Positions 46,039 to 58,508 of a stretch of 64,000 nt of DNA are shown one piece after another. Origin of the DNA: Saprolegnia diclina VS20 (taxonomy: Eukaryota); assembly GCF_000281045.1 (NCBI RefSeq), contig NW_008246076.1, positions 373,171 through 437,170 of the forward strand, given 5' to 3'. The position numbers and the translations under genes were made by a program. The notes below the pieces were generated by a model, which made no database searches, was not told the origin of the DNA, and saw only the letters and a list, made by a program, of their open reading frames with translations. How positions within the stretch are numbered: the stretch's first letter is position 1; each line of letters begins with the position of its first letter.

Positions 46039-47577
46039 TTAGCGACGGCTACCGCGACCGCGACCACGGCCACCGCCGCGACCACCACGGCCACCGCGAC
46101 CACCGTCGGAGCGCTGGAACTTGTTGCTGTCCGACTGGGAAAGGCGGGCGCGGCGCGCGGTTTCGGCCTCCAGCCAGAACGCGTGCTCCTCATCGCCTTC
46201 CAAAATGACGGCGCCGCCGAGCTTCTCTTCGTTCTCGCCAACGACAACACCATGCGAGACGAGCGAGACGACCTTGGCGGCCGCGACCGGCGTGTCGACG
46301 CGAAGAAGCGCTTCGGTCTGGCCGAGCTGGAACTGAATGTAAGCGACGACGCCGGCCGCGTCCATCTGGTCGTTGAGCGTGGCCTTGATGATATCGCGCG
46401 AGACGGTCGGGGGCACGCCCGTGAGCTTGACGATGAGGCCCTTCTCGTAGTCGACCTCGACCGGCGGCTCCTCGCCAACGTTGACGAGCGCAAACACGGG
46501 TGTCTTGCCACCCAGCACGGGGTTTTCGAGCGCCTGGAGCTGCGCGAGGATGCGGTTGCTCGACGTCATGTCGGTGAAGTTGATCTTGGCGATCGTCGAG
46601 CCGTTGGCGTACTCGACGTACGGCGGGCGGTTGCCCTCGCCGACGGCGGCGACGAGCATGTCCTTGATGTCGCCAAACTTGACGCCCTTGCCAATGTTGG
46701 AGATGCACACATACTGGCGCGGGCCGTCGACCTCGTCGCGGTTGCGCTTCTTGGACTCCTTGCGGGCGCGACCGGCCACCGCCTCGGCGTCGGTCACGTG
46801 CTTGAACTCGAGCGTCACGTCCTTGACGACAACGGGGTGCGCGGCAAGGTACTCGACGGCCTCCGTCGCGAGCGCCGGCTGCGAGTAGAGGAGCTGGAGC
46901 TCGTTCTTGGCTTCGAGGAGGGTCACGAGCGGCTTCTTGTGGCGGTCGTCGGCCCAGAGGCCCTCGATCGCGGCCATGAGGTCGTGGAACGAGACGCCGT
47001 CCGGGACGTTGGTCGACTGGATCATGGCCACGATGCCCTTTTCAAAGTCACGGCGGTCGTCCATGGGCAGCTTGAGGAACTCGGAGAGGCGCATCTTCTG
47101 CGTCGTGAGGCCCTTGATGACGATGGCCGGGCCCGAGAGGATAGCGTTCGTCGTCTCGTCGTCCTTGAACTCGACGTGGACACAGCCAAAGAAGCGACCG
47201 GCCATCTTGCAGACGCGCGAGAACGTGACCACGTCGGCCGGGAAGGCCGCAGCGATCTCTTCGTGCGTCGGCGGGAGCGTGCCGAGGCCGACAAAGACCA
47301 CCGTGCGCTCGGCCGACGTGTCCACCGGGAGCTCGGCGACGACGCGGCGCAGCGCGTTGCGCTCAGCGTTGAGCTCGACGACCGTCGAGGCCTCAATGGC
47401 CGTCGCGAGCTCGGCCGCGTCCGTCGTGAGCGCCTGGAGCTTCTTGAAGGTGAAGAGGACGCTGAACGGGATGAAGCGCTCCGCGTGCTTGGCGGTCTCG
47501 GCCTGGAGGAACTTGTCCCGGCGGAAGTTGCTGTCCGAGAAGTAGAACTCGACTTGCTTGGCGATCAAGTTGCTCAT
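46039..47577 (-). CDS. La (SSB)-family RNA-binding protein with La motif, several RRMs, xRRM and RGG tail; intronless
   Basis: IAKQVEFYFSDSNFRRDKFL (La motif), FFGCVHVEF (RNP1), GLIVKLTG...LEGDEEHAFW (xRRM) and GGRGGRGGRGG. Confidence 0.88.
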   Translation of the reverse strand: MSNLIAKQVEFYFSDSNFRRDKFLQAETAKHAERFIPFSVLFTFKKLQALTTDAAELATAIEASTVVELNAERNALRRVVAELPVDTSAERTVVFVGLGTLPPTHEEIAAAFPADVVTFSRVCKMAGRFFGCVHVEFKDDETTNAILSGPAIVIKGLTTQKMRLSEFLKLPMDDRRDFEKGIVAMIQSTNVPDGVSFHDLMAAIEGLWADDRHKKPLVTLLEAKNELQLLYSQPALATEAVEYLAAHPVVVKDVTLEFKHVTDAEAVAGRARKESKKRNRDEVDGPRQYVCISNIGKGVKFGDIKDMLVAAVGEGNRPPYVEYANGSTIAKINFTDMTSSNRILAQLQALENPVLGGKTPVFALVNVGEEPPVEVDYEKGLIVKLTGVPPTVSRDIIKATLNDQMDAAGVVAYIQFQLGQTEALLRVDTPVAAAKVVSLVSHGVVVGENEEKLGGAVILEGDEEHAFWLEAETARRARLSQSDSNKFQRSDGGRGGRGGRGGGRGRGRGSRR

Positions 47578-47581
47578 TTTT

Positions 47582-47600
47582 GGGAAATTTGGAAATGAGC
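47582..47600 (-). promoter_or_regulatory. Oomycete INR-FPR core promoter element
   Basis: Minus-strand GCTCATTTCCAAATTTCCC immediately upstream of the La ATG, with a CCAAT-type element (GATTGG) at about 47626. Confidence 0.65.
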
Positions 47601-47912
47601 TCGGAAAAATGAGTGGCCGCCAGCCGATTGGCCAGTACAACGCGCCACCTGCAACGCTGCGGAGAGAGCGCTGGGAGAGGACGCAACCACCCGTCGCTCG
47701 TGACATCGACTAACTCGAGTCGATGCCCATCGACTAGAACGCCCGGCCGGGTTTAGTCAAGTCGCACTAACTACAAGGCGAGTGAAGGTTACCACGTTGA
47801 AGTTGCGGAACGTTCCTGAGATCCTTGCGATCCACTGGGAAGCTGCAAGTTGCCAAGGTGTCGACCACCGCAAGAAGAGTCCAGTGGAAGGACTTAAATA
47901 GGGAATCGTAGT

Positions 47913-50900
47913 CTACTGGCTGTACTGCGAGTCGGGGACGTAGGCGGTGGGGGGCGGCGCGGGCCGCTGCGAGAGCGTCGTGTTCATCGAGCTCTCGCCG
48001 TTGTGCGAGCTCAGCTTGTGGATCATGGCTTGGAGCTCGGCGTGCTGCTGCAGCTCGTGTTTCTGGCGACAATACGTCAATTTATCGAGGAGGGCTTGAA
48101 GAGACGACGCACCAGTCGCTTGACGTCGTCGTTGCGATCGCGAATCATGTCGTCTTTGGCCTGCAGCTGGAGACTCGCGTCGGCCACCTCGCGTTCCTTG
48201 GCCACGAATTTGGCCTATTCCACGTCGACCCTAGTCCGTCATGTAAAGCAAACGTACATGCAATCCTTGGAGCTGGCGCTGGGCATCGTCCCGCTCGCGG
48301 CGAAGCGCATGCACCGCCGCTTGCTCGTCCTGGAGATGCTGCTGGTAGCGCGCAAGCGTGCCATCGAGCGCAGCCTTCTCCTTGACATACGTCTCCAGTT
48401 GCAACTGTTGGCTCCTACAAACCGGCTCATCACCGCAACGCGCGCGCATGTCGTCCTACTCGAAGCGGCTCTCCAAAGACGCAAACGACTCTTGGACAGC
48501 GCCGAGCTCCGACTCGAGGTGGTCGCGTTCCTACGTCGTTCATTGTTCATGGACCTCGTCGAGCCGTGGCATGATTACAGTCATCGTCATGCTAAACTCT
48601 TCGCTCTGCATCGTGTGGGCTTTGGCGAGGAGCACGAGTTGCTTGTACGTTTCGGTAAACTTGGCGTCGCGCTCGCGCCGGGCCTCCTGCATGGCCTAGC
48701 AAGAATGGTCGTCCATCGTTTCGCAGCAGCGCTGCATACCGTGAGCTCTTCGCGAAGCGACAAATGCTCGACGCTTTGCGCCGCATACGCTTCCGAGATG
48801 TTTTCAAATTCGATCTGGGCATGCCGCCGCGCTTTCTCTCTACGTCACCAGTAGGATACGTCGAGCAACGACGCCCGACTCACGTTTCCAGCATCGCATG
48901 ACGCGTGTGGGCGTGGGCCTCGGCGACTTCGTCAATGCGCATCTCCAAGACGTGGAGCTTGCGCTTGAGCCCGTTGTTTTCCTACCAAAACGAGTTGCGT
49001 CAACCGTCAGCGGCAGTTTGCACACGAGACGACGCACTTCCTCGAGGCTACAGCGCTGAAGTCGATTGTCGTGCAGGGCGCGCTGCTTCTTCTCCAGCGC
49101 TTGGTTCTACCGCGCACATATTCATGCGTGTCATTTTACAGGACGCAAGTACCTTGGTATCGAGCTCGTGCGCCGCTCCGTCGAGCCGCTTTTGCAGATG
49201 CGCAACGTGCGCGTCGTACTTTTTCTCAAGCGCGCTGTACGCCGCGTCCTTGGCGGCGAGCTGCGCGTCCACTTCGGCCTGTCGACGCTGCTGGCGCTCG
49301 TCTTCTTGCGCTAGCTGGTCGGCCCATGCGCGCTTGGCTAACTCGTGCTCGGCTTTGGCCAAGTCGAGCTGCTTGGTCACGCCCAGCATGGCTGCGTCCG
49401 AGGTCGCGACCGCGGCGCGAGCGGTCGCGACAACATCGTGCATGCGCTAGTACGACACCCATATACGCTACCGACTACACAAGTACGTACGTGGCTGTAC
49501 GTGTAGAGGCCGTCGGCCAGCGTCATGAGGCTAATGCGCTCGTGGAAGGCCTTGGTCTTGGACTGCGAGAGAAACTTTCGGAGAAAGTGCAGCACGTCGT
49601 GTGTCCAGTGCTTGCTGTCGCTTTGGCAGAGACCGCGACTGATCATGGCGGCGACATCAGGGATCTGAAGCACGTGGTTGAACTCGCGCAGCGTCGCATG
49701 ACTCTCGTCCGGCAAGTCGTCGTGCAAGAGGAGCGTCCCAATCAGCGTCTACATCGTCGTCAAAACGCGACCATCCGTACAGGGACGTACAAGAAACGCA
49801 AGCGAGAAGCGCGGGGTAAACTCGAGGAAGCGCTCGGACGAGAGCGATTGCATGTAGTGCGCCTCACGCTGCGCCAGCGACGTCAGCTACGACCACCCAA
49901 TATACATATAGGTGAATGGAGACTCGACCGCGTCGTACCTGCGTCATGTTGACAAGAGCGACGCTCATCGACCACACCCGCTTGTCCTGGGAGAGGCGCG
50001 TAAGGACTTGGCACACGTGCACAGCGTGGTCGTAGTCGGGGGATGTGATGCGATCTAAAAAGAGGTCCGTATCCACGTCGCCCGCGTCACGCACAAGCGT
50101 CGCGATCGTCATGTGCACAAAGCGAAAGAGCTCGACCAGCGTTGATTGCAGCGTCGACGGTTCGTGCTAGTGGTTGGAGGATGTTGCTCGACGTCGGCAG
50201 GATCGAAGCGCGTACCTCGGGGACCGTATCGACGAGCGCGTCGACGACGGCCTTGTCCTCACCGAGAAACGCGACAAAGAACTGCGCGGCCGCGATCGCT
50301 ATCGACTGCATCGGGTGCAGCACGACCGGCAGCGTCTGCGAGAGGTTGGGAAACCGCTGAACAAGGTCGCGCCGGAAGCGGTGGCTCAAACCCACGAGCG
50401 TCGAGAGATAGTGCAAGGTCACTTGTAGGTGCAGGACGCTGCTCTCTTGCATGTGAAACCGATCGGTCACCAAGCTCTGCGTGAGCTCGTGGAGCTCTTC
50501 CGAGGCCTCCAAGGCCGGAAGGATCCACGGCTGCGTCGCCAGGTCCGCAAGAAGGTCCACGCACGCCATTTGCAGCGAGACACTACAGCCGGTCGGAGCA
50601 TGTCGATCGAATAAGGAGGGTACCTTTCTTTGGTCGACGAGTTGTCCAAGCTCAGCAGCAGCACGGTATTGTCCTTGTCCGAGACGATCGGGCTAATGAG
50701 CGCTAGCGCCTTCTCAATGTTCTTGGTCTGGAAGAGCTTTTGCCCCACAGGTTCGCTCAGCACGAGACGCGCGAGAATCGACATGCTGTAGATGAGGACG
50801 CTCGCGTCGTCCGTGCGGTTGAGCATGACGGCCAGCGTCCGCACCAGTTCCTTCCGCTCCGGGAGCTCGGCGACGAAGAGCCGGACGCCGACGTTGCCGT

Positions 50901-51348
50901 GCAGACAGCCCGCAAGCGTCTGCAGATGCAACAAGAAGCTCGAGTCTTCTTGCTCTTCCGACTCGATATCAGCGTCATGGAGGATATCGCGGATGAGCGT
51001 ATGGATGAGCGTTTGCAGGAGCTTGGCGAGCGGTGGCGTCGGGTACCCGACCAGCGCGCCTTTGGTGACCTCGCAGAGAATCACCAGCATGTCGTCTTCC
51101 AGCCGACTCGCCTCCATGTTGATGGCCATGCGCGCGACAATGTCCACAAGCGACTGGAAGGTCGATGGCGGCAGCGCCTTGAGGTGCTGCACGAACGTTG
51201 CCGACATGAGACCTGCCCGCAGCTCGGCCAGCGGACCATGCTTGGAGCCCATGGCTTGCATCGGGCTGCTGTACATGGCGATGAAGGCTTCCGCCATCCC
51301 ATGGACCTCCCGTCGGGTCACGCCCATGCTCGGGAAGCTCGCGCTCAT
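47913..51348 (-). CDS. CIP2A: CIP2A-like armadillo + coiled-coil protein (multi-exon)
   Basis: NVGVRLFV...LVRTLAVML...VLIYSMSILARLVLSEPVGQKLFQTKNI and C-terminal ELQQHAELQAMIHKLS parallel CIP2A motifs. Confidence 0.75.
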
Positions 51349-51982
51349 TGCCCGCCGGCGCGGGTCCACCGCGATCATCGCGCTTTCGAACGGAATGGAT
51401 CCGGATATCCACAAGTGTATCCGTACGACGCAGGCTTAAACGTGTTTTACGTTAAACGACGTTTTATTTCGCCCAAAGGTCGCTACCGAGAGCGGACTCA
51501 TCTTTTCATCTTCCGAGGAAGCAGCTTGCGCGCCAAGCGGCGGTCGTCAGCGGTCGTCGCATCGCTACGTAGTATTATACATAGAGCTACTCGCAGTGGC
51601 CGGACCAGGCGACTCTTCGGTAGCCAGACCAGGTTCCCAGAAGAAGGGGCAGATGCATATCACCACGCCTTCGCCAGCACCCATGGTTTCTGCACGAGGT
51701 CAGCAACTCCTAGTATACAGGTAGCACGGAGTGCAATACGAGTCGAATACGTGAGCTTGAGCCGTTGGTGTCGTTGCTGGACGGGCAGCCACGTCAAAAT
51801 TACCTTGGCGTTTAAACGTTAACATGTTGCGTTTTACCCGTGAACCGAAAAACTGGGTCGGCGCCGTTACGGTTATAAGATCGGGAGAAGCCGGCCCCAC
51901 AATCCCGACCATCACGCTCTCGTCCCGGTCTCTCTTCAGCGCCTGGAGAACCTTCGCGCCCGACCCGCTCCTCCGCCCCGCC

Positions 51983-54900
51983 ATGACCGCCGCCACTGCC
52001 CCGGCGCCCATCGACCGCCCCGAGCTCCGGACCTTTGCCGCCATTGTGTGCAAGGAGTGCTTGTACCTCGAGTTTCCCGGCTGCGACGTCCATGGCCTTC
52101 TGTATACTGAGCCCGTGCACGAGGGCGGCGAGCTCCACGCCAAGTGCCCAAAATGCTCGGCGGCGACGCACAACCAGCGCCCGTTCCGCGAAGGCTGCCG
52201 CCGCTGCAAAGGCAAGACCAGCATCACCATGTGGAACTCGAGCGGCAACGAGATCGCCCAAGCCTTCCGGTACGTCGCTATCTGCAGGGAACGGCCATCG
52301 AGCGTACGCGGCTGCTAGCTTTTTTCCATCGCGCGTCGAGGAGATTGACCATGCCGTGCTGCAGTGCGAAGCGCGCGGCTGCGCGAGCGTCGTGTTTCCG
52401 AGCTCGCGCGAGGTGCTCACGACGCGCACGCCTGCCGCACCCATCGTTACATCAACACAGCGAGTACTCAAGGTCTCCAACTTTCAGCTGAGCATGCCGC
52501 ATATCGCGGGCTGCCCGCGCCAAGGCATGCCACTGCATACGGTCGATCCTCTATCTCGGCCATGCAATCTCATGTCGACTAGATGGCCGTGCGTTTGCCC
52601 AAGAGCGAGCTCAAGTTTGTACTCGAGCGCATCGACATGTGCCCGCTCCCAACGATCCTTTGCGCTGGCCCTACGTATCGGAAGCGGATCCTGGCTCCGC
52701 CCCAAGACACCAACCAGCTGCACCAGGTCGACACGTTTGAACATCGCTCGTGGCAGCTGACGCATTGGCGTAGATCTACTTGTGTGTATTGACGACGATT
52801 CTCAAGACCTTCGACAACAACTCGCCCGCTGCGCTCGAGCCGCTCAAGCAGGTACACGGGCCTGTCTTGTGCCATTTGGTTTCTTATTCCGATCGTAGAT
52901 TGGACTTGTCTTTGCCAAGTCGGACGTCATGTCGATCTTTCACGACTGGGCGCCGCCATCGGACGTTCCGAGAACAGAGATTCATCCGCAGCGCTCGGTG
53001 TGCACGGCCCGTGGCGATGACGCGCACGGCGCCGCGTGGTAGAGATTCTCGGTCTCATACTCCATTTTCACCCGATTTTCTAGCGTGGTCGATCCTGGAC
53101 TGACGTACTGGAAGGTCGAATGCGCACCCGGGCAGTCGGCGTCCATTGAGCTCGTCTTTGAGCCGCCCATATCGGTCTCGGCCATTGCGCTGCGGTGGCA
53201 CGCGCAGCGCTACGTGTGCGCTACGTACACGCTGTACGCGTCGACGGACAAGGGGCGGACGTACGAAGCGATTGCGAGCGTGGCCAAGCCGATGCTTGAG
53301 CATCGAGTGACGTTGGCGTCGGTAGGATGCTGTCATTGCTGATTGCAGCGATACCATGTCGTGGCAGGCGCTCGAGAATGCGTCGCACGTCAAGCTTGTG
53401 GTGGACAATAGCACCGGTATGTCGAGTTCATCTCAATCTCAAACTCAAAATCGCGTAATGTAGACTCTACCGTGTCGTTTGGCCTCGAGAGCTTTGGCGT
53501 GTACGATACCAAGGTCGAGGTGCTCTATACACCGCCCAACCAGCTCCTCCAGGACCTCCTGAAGTGGATTGCGACGGCGACAGCATCGACGATCCCGTCC
53601 ATTCGCGTCTTGGCCCTGCAGCTCCTGCAGCAGGTCGCGCTCATGTCCGGGTCCCTGTGCGGCCTCTTGCATGTGGTCAAGAGCATGCTTGTGGCGGCCG
53701 AGACCGAGCTCGATGTAGACGAAACCATTGGCTTTGTGTCGCAGCTGTCGCAGTCGATCCAGAAAACCATGCTGCGCTCCAACGCGTCGGCCGACCACGC
53801 GCGACTCGAGAAGCGCATCATTACGCAAATGTCCATGTCCCTCCAAGACGAAGTGACGCGGCGGACGATCCAGATCCTTCAGAACATCCCAGGCCTCGAA
53901 GTCTACTCGCCGCAACAAGCCAGCACGCCCGAGCCAGCGACGCCTCTCGTGTCCAGTTCCTCTGTGCGACCACCCGAGGTCGTGGGGCCCAAAGACCACG
54001 AGATGGTGCGGGTACCGCCATAGCTCTTATTCGTGCATAGTTTTGTCATGTGGTATAGAGCGATGCGGAGCCATCCTTGCAGCAATACCCGGTCCTCGTC
54101 TTGCTCTTGTGCCAGGTACCAACCATCTCTCTGCTCAACAGCAAAGATGATTCTGTGTGGCGGTAGCACTCGTTCTCCAAGTCGATTCGGACGCGCACCG
54201 AGGTACATACGCGTCCTAGGTATCCGAACGTATGACATTGTGTAGCTCTCAATGGTGCTCCTCAGCGTCCTCAGCGAGCTCAGTGTGTGGCAAATGCAGC
54301 GCATGCAAAAACCCGAAGTGTTTGTTGGTCGACGCGAAGACGAGCTCCGTCGCCTTGAAGACCCATTCTCGATGCAAGTGTGTCCTGAGCTCTTTGACGT
54401 GTGCCACGACCTGCTCCAAACCATCTTGGCGCCGTGGCTTGCGCCCGAGGATGCGACGCGACTTGCCCTCCACGCGCAACTCACCGAGGCGAGCGCAACG
54501 TTCCAGCGCTCTCTCGCCGCGTCGCCGTCGAACGCGCTCGAGCAGCCGTTCAATCCTATCACAATGGGCCTCGCGGTCCTGCAGGTATGTTCACGTTGCC
54601 TTGCAACTATGCTGCTATTGTGGTTAGGTCATAACTGCCAACGTGCGCCGACTCGTGCTCTCGCAGGTCAACCCGGTCGACGTCGGGCTTGGTGTCCTGG
54701 ACGACGACGGCGTCGACCAGCCGCTCGTGCCCATGATTGCATCACTCGAAAAGCTCATTGGCCTCGGCACCAAGCAGTCGGACCCGCTCTTTGCGCTCTC
54801 TCTGCAAGCCGCCGCGGCCGTCGAAGTCGGCATGGAAGCGTTCTACCCGTCGTCCCAGGTACATTCCTCGTCCGTCCTTTCTCTCAAAGACGCAGTAGCA

Positions 54901-55425
54901 ACGGACGGCGCTGCTCACGAACCGCATGGGCTCGGGCGCGACGCTCGAGTTCCAACTGCGCTGGCCTGTTCAGGAGCGCGAGCAAGAAGACCCGCGCTAC
55001 GAACGCCTCATCTTGTTGCTCCAGGTAGTACTGATCTTGCAATCGTATCGACTAAACACGCGTATGCGATCGACTAGCTCGTGTGCATCAAGCACGGCTA
55101 CGTCCATGCACTGCGCGGCCAATGGGGCGTCTTTCTGCATTTAGTGCTCCAAGTGCCAGACGCCCAATCGACGAGCGACGTCCTCACACAGCCGATCGCC
55201 GAGTGCATCGCGCAGGCCGGGTTTGCCTCGTGGCGCGTCGTCGCCGGCGCCCAAGAGATCTCGATCACGCTCCAGCGCCACCTGCACTGGAATCGCGTCG
55301 AGAAGATGTCGCACGACTCGGGCTCGGGCTGGATCCGTGTCTACCCGCGCGACGTGGCAGCCTTCTCGGACGTGCTCGCCGAGGTCGAAGCCTTTGCGTC
55401 GACGCCGACGCTCAAGAAGTCGTGA
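51983..55425 (+). CDS. Multi-exon hypothetical protein: Cys/His-rich N-terminus, discoidin (F5/8)-like domain and a helical region resembling giant E3-ligase N-termini
   Basis: CKEC..CDVH..CPKC..CRRC; TYWKV...SIELVF...VSAIALRW...YTLYASTD; ELRRLEDPFSMQV and AAAAVEVGMEAFYPS. Many short GT-AG introns. Confidence 0.55.
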
Positions 55426-55471
55426 TAAGTACGACGATAAGACAACATATGTACGATGTTCGAGGTCGTGG

Positions 55472-55843
55472 TTAGAAGAGGTGCAAGTAGACCATGAAGC
55501 ACGCAAGACCGACCGCCGCCACGATGGCCATGAGCGGAATGTCGGCGGCTTCGTCGTTGTCGGTCGCGCTCGCAGCGCTGCCGCCGCCGAGGAACCGCTT
55601 GGCGAGCGACGGCTTCTTGGCCGGCGCCGCGCCCTTGCGCGTACCATTCTTGACATACTTGTGAGCATCGTCGACGCGCATCTAGTAAGCAGCCATGAGC
55701 AATCGTCATGTAGGCATGCATGGGCATGGAGGGATGTATACGCGGTAGATGTCGTCGTCCGTGTAGCCGAGCTGCTTGAGCTCGACCTTCATGGCCGCGG
55801 TGATGAAGAACGGGATCTGGGCCGTGCCATTGCGCTGTGACAT
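55472..55843 (-). CDS. Small two-exon protein with a C-terminal transmembrane anchor
   Basis: MSQRNGTAQIPFFITAAMKVELKQLGYTDDDIY..., an intron, then MRVDDAHKYV...IPLMAIVAAVGLACFMVYLHLF-stop. Confidence 0.7.
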
Positions 55844-56386
55844 GCTGGGCTGGTAGATTCTACATGCACATATCGTCGTCGTCGCCAGCGTCGAAGCGCA
55901 TGCGTCTACGTCTACCTCACGGAAGCGGCAATCGAGGAGTGAAGTCGGCAAACCACAATCCAGCGTTCCGATTGGCCATTACCACGTTTCGATCGTTGAT
56001 TGGCCAAAAAGAATAAATTCCGATTATTGCTGGGTTTTCAGCGTCATCTTATTTCTGGTATGAACGCCAGCAAGTATCTGCTCCTTTACGTTGCTATGGA
56101 CCCCAACCTGTGCACTCGAATGCTTTAATCGGTCGCCCGAGTATACTTATACCATGCATGTAGTACCTCAAGGGTTTAGCCCAACATGCCGATGTGAGTA
56201 CCTCGGGTCCGCAAGCATCAGCACCGCACCTACCTTGGTCCAGAGATTAGATGCCATTGGCTGAAAATCCAAGAAAGATTCACCATCGCCGTCGTGGATT
56301 GGCCAAGCTGAAATCACGCTCTCGGATTGGACAAAAGTCGAGCGACGCCCCGACAACGGTTTATATCACGACGGCAAGCCTCGACC

Positions 56387-57205
56387 ATGCTCGCCAAGCT
56401 CGGCGCGCTCTGCCTCCTTAGCGCAGCCTACTTCCGCCCGGAAGCGTGTCTCTATGGCATCTCTCTTGTCGCCTCGGCGGCCTCGATGGACGTCGGCGAC
56501 GTCGCGGCCTCGCCCCACAGCGCGCTCTTCGTGCGCCTCGTCCTCACGTTGGTGGCGTTCACGACGGCAGTCGCCCGGACGCGGGCCAACTACCTCACGC
56601 TGCTGGCGCTGCTCGTGTGTCTCCAGACGTTCTGCCTCCAGCTGCACATGCAGAACGAGACGTACGAGGCGCTGCCGCTGACCAAGCCGGCGCAGCTCAT
56701 CTTTTTCCAGATTCTCGCGACCATCACGTTTAGCCTCGTGCTCGCGGTCGGGTACTTTGCGCCGCTCCCGCTCTCGCAGCGCCAGCTCTACCGCAAGCGC
56801 CTCGTTGAGTTTTACAAGACGCACAACCCGGACAAGCTCGACGAGGTGGACACCATTTTGCGCCGGTACCGCCACCACGAAGAGGTCCTCTTTACGCGGC
56901 TCAAGAAGAAGTACATCTTGCACGACCCAATCGACGCAAGCGACGAAGAGAGCGACGACGAGCACGAAACGTCGACGGACGACGAGCCAAAGACGTCGAT
57001 GGCCCAGTACGACAGCGAAGACGACGCGACCAACGAAGCCGACAAGGACGACGAGCCCATGGCGCCGAGCACGCCACCGCCGTCGACGCCGCAAGCTCGT
57101 GCCGATACCGCACCCCGTGTGCGCACAGCCATGCAAGAGGTCCAAGCCGCCCAACAAGCACGCATCGAAGAGCGCATCCAGCGGCTCAAGAAGGCCAAGG
57201 CCTAG
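56387..57205 (+). CDS. Hypothetical membrane protein with several TM helices, a small FYxxHNPxK helical domain and an acidic tail
   Basis: Hydrophobic segments followed by RLVEFYKTHNPDKLDEVDTILRRY...LFTRLKKKY and a D/E-rich region. Confidence 0.7.
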   Translation: MLAKLGALCLLSAAYFRPEACLYGISLVASAASMDVGDVAASPHSALFVRLVLTLVAFTTAVARTRANYLTLLALLVCLQTFCLQLHMQNETYEALPLTKPAQLIFFQILATITFSLVLAVGYFAPLPLSQRQLYRKRLVEFYKTHNPDKLDEVDTILRRYRHHEEVLFTRLKKKYILHDPIDASDEESDDEHETSTDDEPKTSMAQYDSEDDATNEADKDDEPMAPSTPPPSTPQARADTAPRVRTAMQEVQAAQQARIEERIQRLKKAKA

Positions 57206-58508
57206 TTGCGTGCGTGCACAGCAGTCTCTCTCTCGTCACACGTCTTTTCCCCACTGTTTCTTGTCACAGCGGTGGGTGTCATCGATATTTTTGACGTGGG
57301 CGCATCACGTGCCCGCTACGGTCCGTCCTAAGAGCTACGGTCGTCCTAAGATCTCGGGTTCACAGGATGAGCTCCACGCAGAACCAAACGACGGATCCTA
57401 CGAGAGAAGTGATCCAAGGAGCTACCATCAGCAGATGTCTCTCCATGACGCGGAGATGCCGGATCAACAGACGTTAGTGGTGGTGGCATGATGGACCAAT
57501 AACCTCTCTCCCGATAGAGTAGGCCTAACCCCGGAAACCAATATGGGGGCGTGGACGACCTGGCGCTGGAGTAGTTTAGTCGATTGGCGTCCGTGTAATC
57601 GCATTCAATACATCTTGGTCATACCAAGCAACGGAGCTGCTTGCAAAAAGCGAGTCGAGTGCACTCGTCGTATGGACGTCCTTTCCACTCAGTTAGTAGA
57701 ACGAACTTGCAGGACTAACTGAAGCACGGCCACGGGTCCTTTCCACGGTGCTGATCCATGAATTCGATCCTTCGAGTTCTTAGTCAGCGTCGTCGTGGGC
57801 GTGTTCGATGCAAGACCATGCGCATGCAATGGCACATGCAGTCCTTGTCATTATCACTGGCGTGGAAGACGCCGTTAAGCCCAGTGCATGGCCGATATGG
57901 CCTTATACCTGCTGTAGCAATAGAAGGAGCTTTCGAAATCTTATTCCGCGTACTCGCCGACTTGCGCGACGCCATGACATGCTAGTGTAAAGGCACATAC
58001 CGTAGTCCCTTCCCCATTTTCTGACGCATTGGAGGACTTTGCATGTCAAAGTAGAACTCTGCGCGCCTACTTGTTGGGTGATTCCAGACACGTTCACGTA
58101 GCAGTTGGCACTACATGGGCGCACGAAGTGTCGAGTGGGCAGTACACTGCATGGGAATTTCCGTTGGCTTTATACTGGGCAGTCGACGCTCTGGCCTGCC
58201 GACTACATGAATATTATTCGAGTTCAGTCCATGACGTCGGGTCGAAACATCCGACCGCTGATGTCAACCGCGCTCCTTCAATCCTGGCATGGACGACAGC
58301 CATCCATTTACTAGTACTAGTATACTAGTAGGCCCAACGACTTCCACCTGCCCGCGACTGCTCTTTACTTGACACTGCGAGGTTGTAGGACAGTGTGTTA
58401 TTTCCAATTCTGAGAATGAGCTCAAACAAAGCTTAGTCCGCGATCCACGCAGAGACACAGGTCCAGATCAACATATGAACCGTGGTGGATCTCAGAGCAG
58501 GCGAATGA

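Noticed and set aside
57206..58500. Intergenic region with a repeated GTCCTTTCCAC and the perfect palindrome TACTAGTATACTAGTA (58315-58330)
   Set aside because: Short low-complexity features that can arise by chance or slippage; no element structure found.
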